Shown here piece by piece: positions 33,001 to 35,130 of a DNA stretch of 35,130 nucleotides (position 1 is its first letter; every line of letters begins with the position of its first letter). Below the pieces are notes generated by a model. The model did no database searches and had not been told where the DNA came from. It worked only from the letters and a program-made list of their open reading frames with translations. Origin of the DNA: Polymyxa betae A26-41 (lineage: Eukaryota; Protista; Endomyxa: Phytomyxea); assembly GCA_003693705.1 (NCBI GenBank), contig RBZT01000154.1:1-35130 (forward strand), given 5' to 3'. Position numbers and translations under genes: made by a program.

Positions 33001-34260
33001 TAGGCGCCGTAGTAAGTAGAAACATGTTATTCGGTCCCTTGGGAATCGTTCCGATGACTTTGCCTGATGGTCGTGAGAACCCGTCTTTAGCGTAGATGGT
33101 CATGTGATCACCGTCGAGGAGGAACTTGATTCCGGTACTGGTTGTATGGCCTGGAGACAGAAGGTTCTTGCGAAGCTTGGGCTCATGGAGCGCGTTTTCC
33201 ACATTAACGATTTCGCCTCCGGGTAAAACAAAATGTGCGGTGCCGACACCCACCGATTCCATAGTGCGAATGTCACCAAGCTCGATCTTAGGACCACATT
33301 GGGACATGTAACATGTGAACGAAGCAATATCGTGGAGCACGTGCTGGAAACACCCAGAATCGATATATGTATCCGCCTCACAACTTGCTGCTGAAGCAGA
33401 GAGCACACGATGAGGAAAGATGTTAATCTGACTTGGTATATTTGCTAAACGTGGGTTGAGCTCAAGATGTTTTGTCCAACAAGCATCGTCGCCGCCGGGG
33501 TGTCGGTGATCAGGAATAGAGCAAGTTGACTTGCCTGACTTTGCCTTTCCTGTGCGTGCAGCTTTTTCAAGTTTGTCGACTTTCGCCTGTAGCGCTTCGA
33601 AAAGTGTAACTACCTTGGTAGACGCGGTGCTGTCCAAAATCCGAGATGCCGACTCCTTCATTGAGCTCTCCGCGTTCAAGAGCATTCCGGTGGCTTTCTG
33701 AATGGTCACCGACTCCCGCGTGTCGAGAGCCGCGACGACATGCTGCTAGCTGTCGGGAAGATTTAACGAGAATCACAGTCACGATTGCTTGTTCATCGAG
33801 GTCGACGCCAGCGTTCTTGACGGCGAGCGCGTTGGCTTGCATGTAGTGATATAGTCTTGGATAGATTGCTCGGCATCTTTGGTCGCCTTGAACAGTTTCT
33901 TCATGCAGCAGACTAGAGTGGACACACTCTTGCTTTGGAACGTTTCGTACAGTATCTTGGAGCGGCATGAGCAGAATCAGCCGACTGTGTTATGGCTAGT
34001 AGGCTGTCACTGATGCGCATCTCGATTATGCCCTTGGCCTTGAGACCTTGGCGATAAAACAGCCTTATCGTGCTCTTATCCGAATCGGGTGGTACACCGG
34101 GTGCATCGATATCGGGAGCGTAGATCTTTGGGTTGACAAACCAACCATATCATCTAGTTCCATATTGACCAGAAGGGCGGCCATTCGAGGGGCCCATTGG
34201 GGGTAGTTTGTGCCGTCCAGGATGGGCACGAAAGAACTCATGGTCCTGTCAGCCATGGGA
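30050..34260 (-). mobile_element. Near full-length decayed Ty1/Copia gag-pol
   Basis: gag PILDGTNYPQW; protease YIDSGCFQHV; PCEPCTLGK; integrase ESNGLPERLNR; RT LYGLKQAG, IHDDD and TRPDI; RNase H RRSVTGY, QAEY, HIDVNY and ADALTKP. It has many frameshifts and no 5' LTR was found. Confidence 0.95.
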
Positions 34261-34345
34261 CTCTTAATCGGTTGAGGCTCGAGAAACAAGAGAGATCAAT
34301 GTCTGGCCAGCAGTCTGTTGAAGTTGTGACTGTATTTATGGCCCG

Positions 34346-35130
34346 GTGGGCTCTTATAAAATAAAAACAGACATTATCAGGTTCTTTCGCAAGTATGCGT
34401 TGTATCGGCATATCATCGAAGATGTCAATGCGGAGTCCGTGGTCAGGATAACTCCGCGGACTGTCAAGTCAATGTTCGACCCGTTTTTATTATCGGCGCT
34501 TATGAAGTATGAGCGCGACTGGAAGTCCGTCGGAACGGCTTTATGTGATTCGTTCCTGCTACGATGGCTTAAGAAACAGCAGGGCAGCGACACCTCGAGC
34601 CATCATACTCTTTCCAAGATTCTGCGTGAGAATCTGAAGATGGACCTTCGGATTTCGGCCTCTGCAGCTCGTGAACAAAGATCTGCAACGCCAAGTCGAG
34701 CCGTTAACGACTGAAAACAATTGGGGCGGCCTCTTTGCAACTCCGGATGATAAGAAGAACCTCGTCAGATTCCTGATCGAGTCCGTGCAGCCCTCCAGCT
34801 TCCGAAACTTCATGAAGAATGTGGTTAAAGTGTGTCGATGCCGCACCTGCAGCAGGATACCGAGGCTTTGTTCGACACACTGAAATCCAAGACCAAGATA
34901 TTAGATGAGATGAATTTGATGGGTCAAGACAGGGAAGTCCGAAATGCGGCGACCAAGGAACCGAAGCGGAAACGTGGAGGCGATTATCGGAAGGGCAAGG
35001 ATAAGAAGGCCAAAACCGATCGGCGCGAACTCAAGTCCGTGAAGTGCGGACAAAATGAACATTTTATGTCAAAATGTCCGCAGAAGCCTTCGAAAAAGGA
35101 GCAAGAACTTCTCTTGAAGAAGCATCGCGC
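34346..35130 (+). pseudogene. Ty3/Gypsy-type gag remnant running off the window
   Basis: LRENLKMDLRI...LVRFLIESVQPSSFR, a basic linker, and a degenerate zinc knuckle VKCGQNEHFMSKCP (~35039-35080). Confidence 0.55.

Noticed and set aside
34335-34360. Copia primer-binding site
   Set aside because: It only partly resembles GGTTATG(A/G)GCCC on either strand, and no adjoining 5' LTR was found.

Overview
This is eukaryotic DNA made almost entirely of nested, decayed mobile elements, and I recognise no host housekeeping gene. The main feature is an endogenous CRESS ssDNA virus at ~26401-29280 with crucivirus architecture. It has an iteron-rich leader, a HUH/SF3-helicase Rep, an intervening ORF, and a same-strand tombusvirus-like capsid gene that is frameshifted and 3'-truncated. 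It is joined directly to a broken Copia gag-pol. An 8.2-kb CACTA/CMC element (5771-14011; 16-bp TIRs, TTT target duplication, internal ~320-bp x8 array) splits an intron-containing PIF/Harbinger-type transposase at its DGTD motif. The window also holds two further Harbinger-type transposases, a probable Crypton tyrosine-recombinase pseudogene, four Copia remnants, a Gypsy gag and several repeats. The element types and a 53-nt intron suggest a microbial eukaryote of the SAR group (oomycete- or phytomyxid-like); this is inference only. All family calls come from motif recognition by eye and no searches were run.
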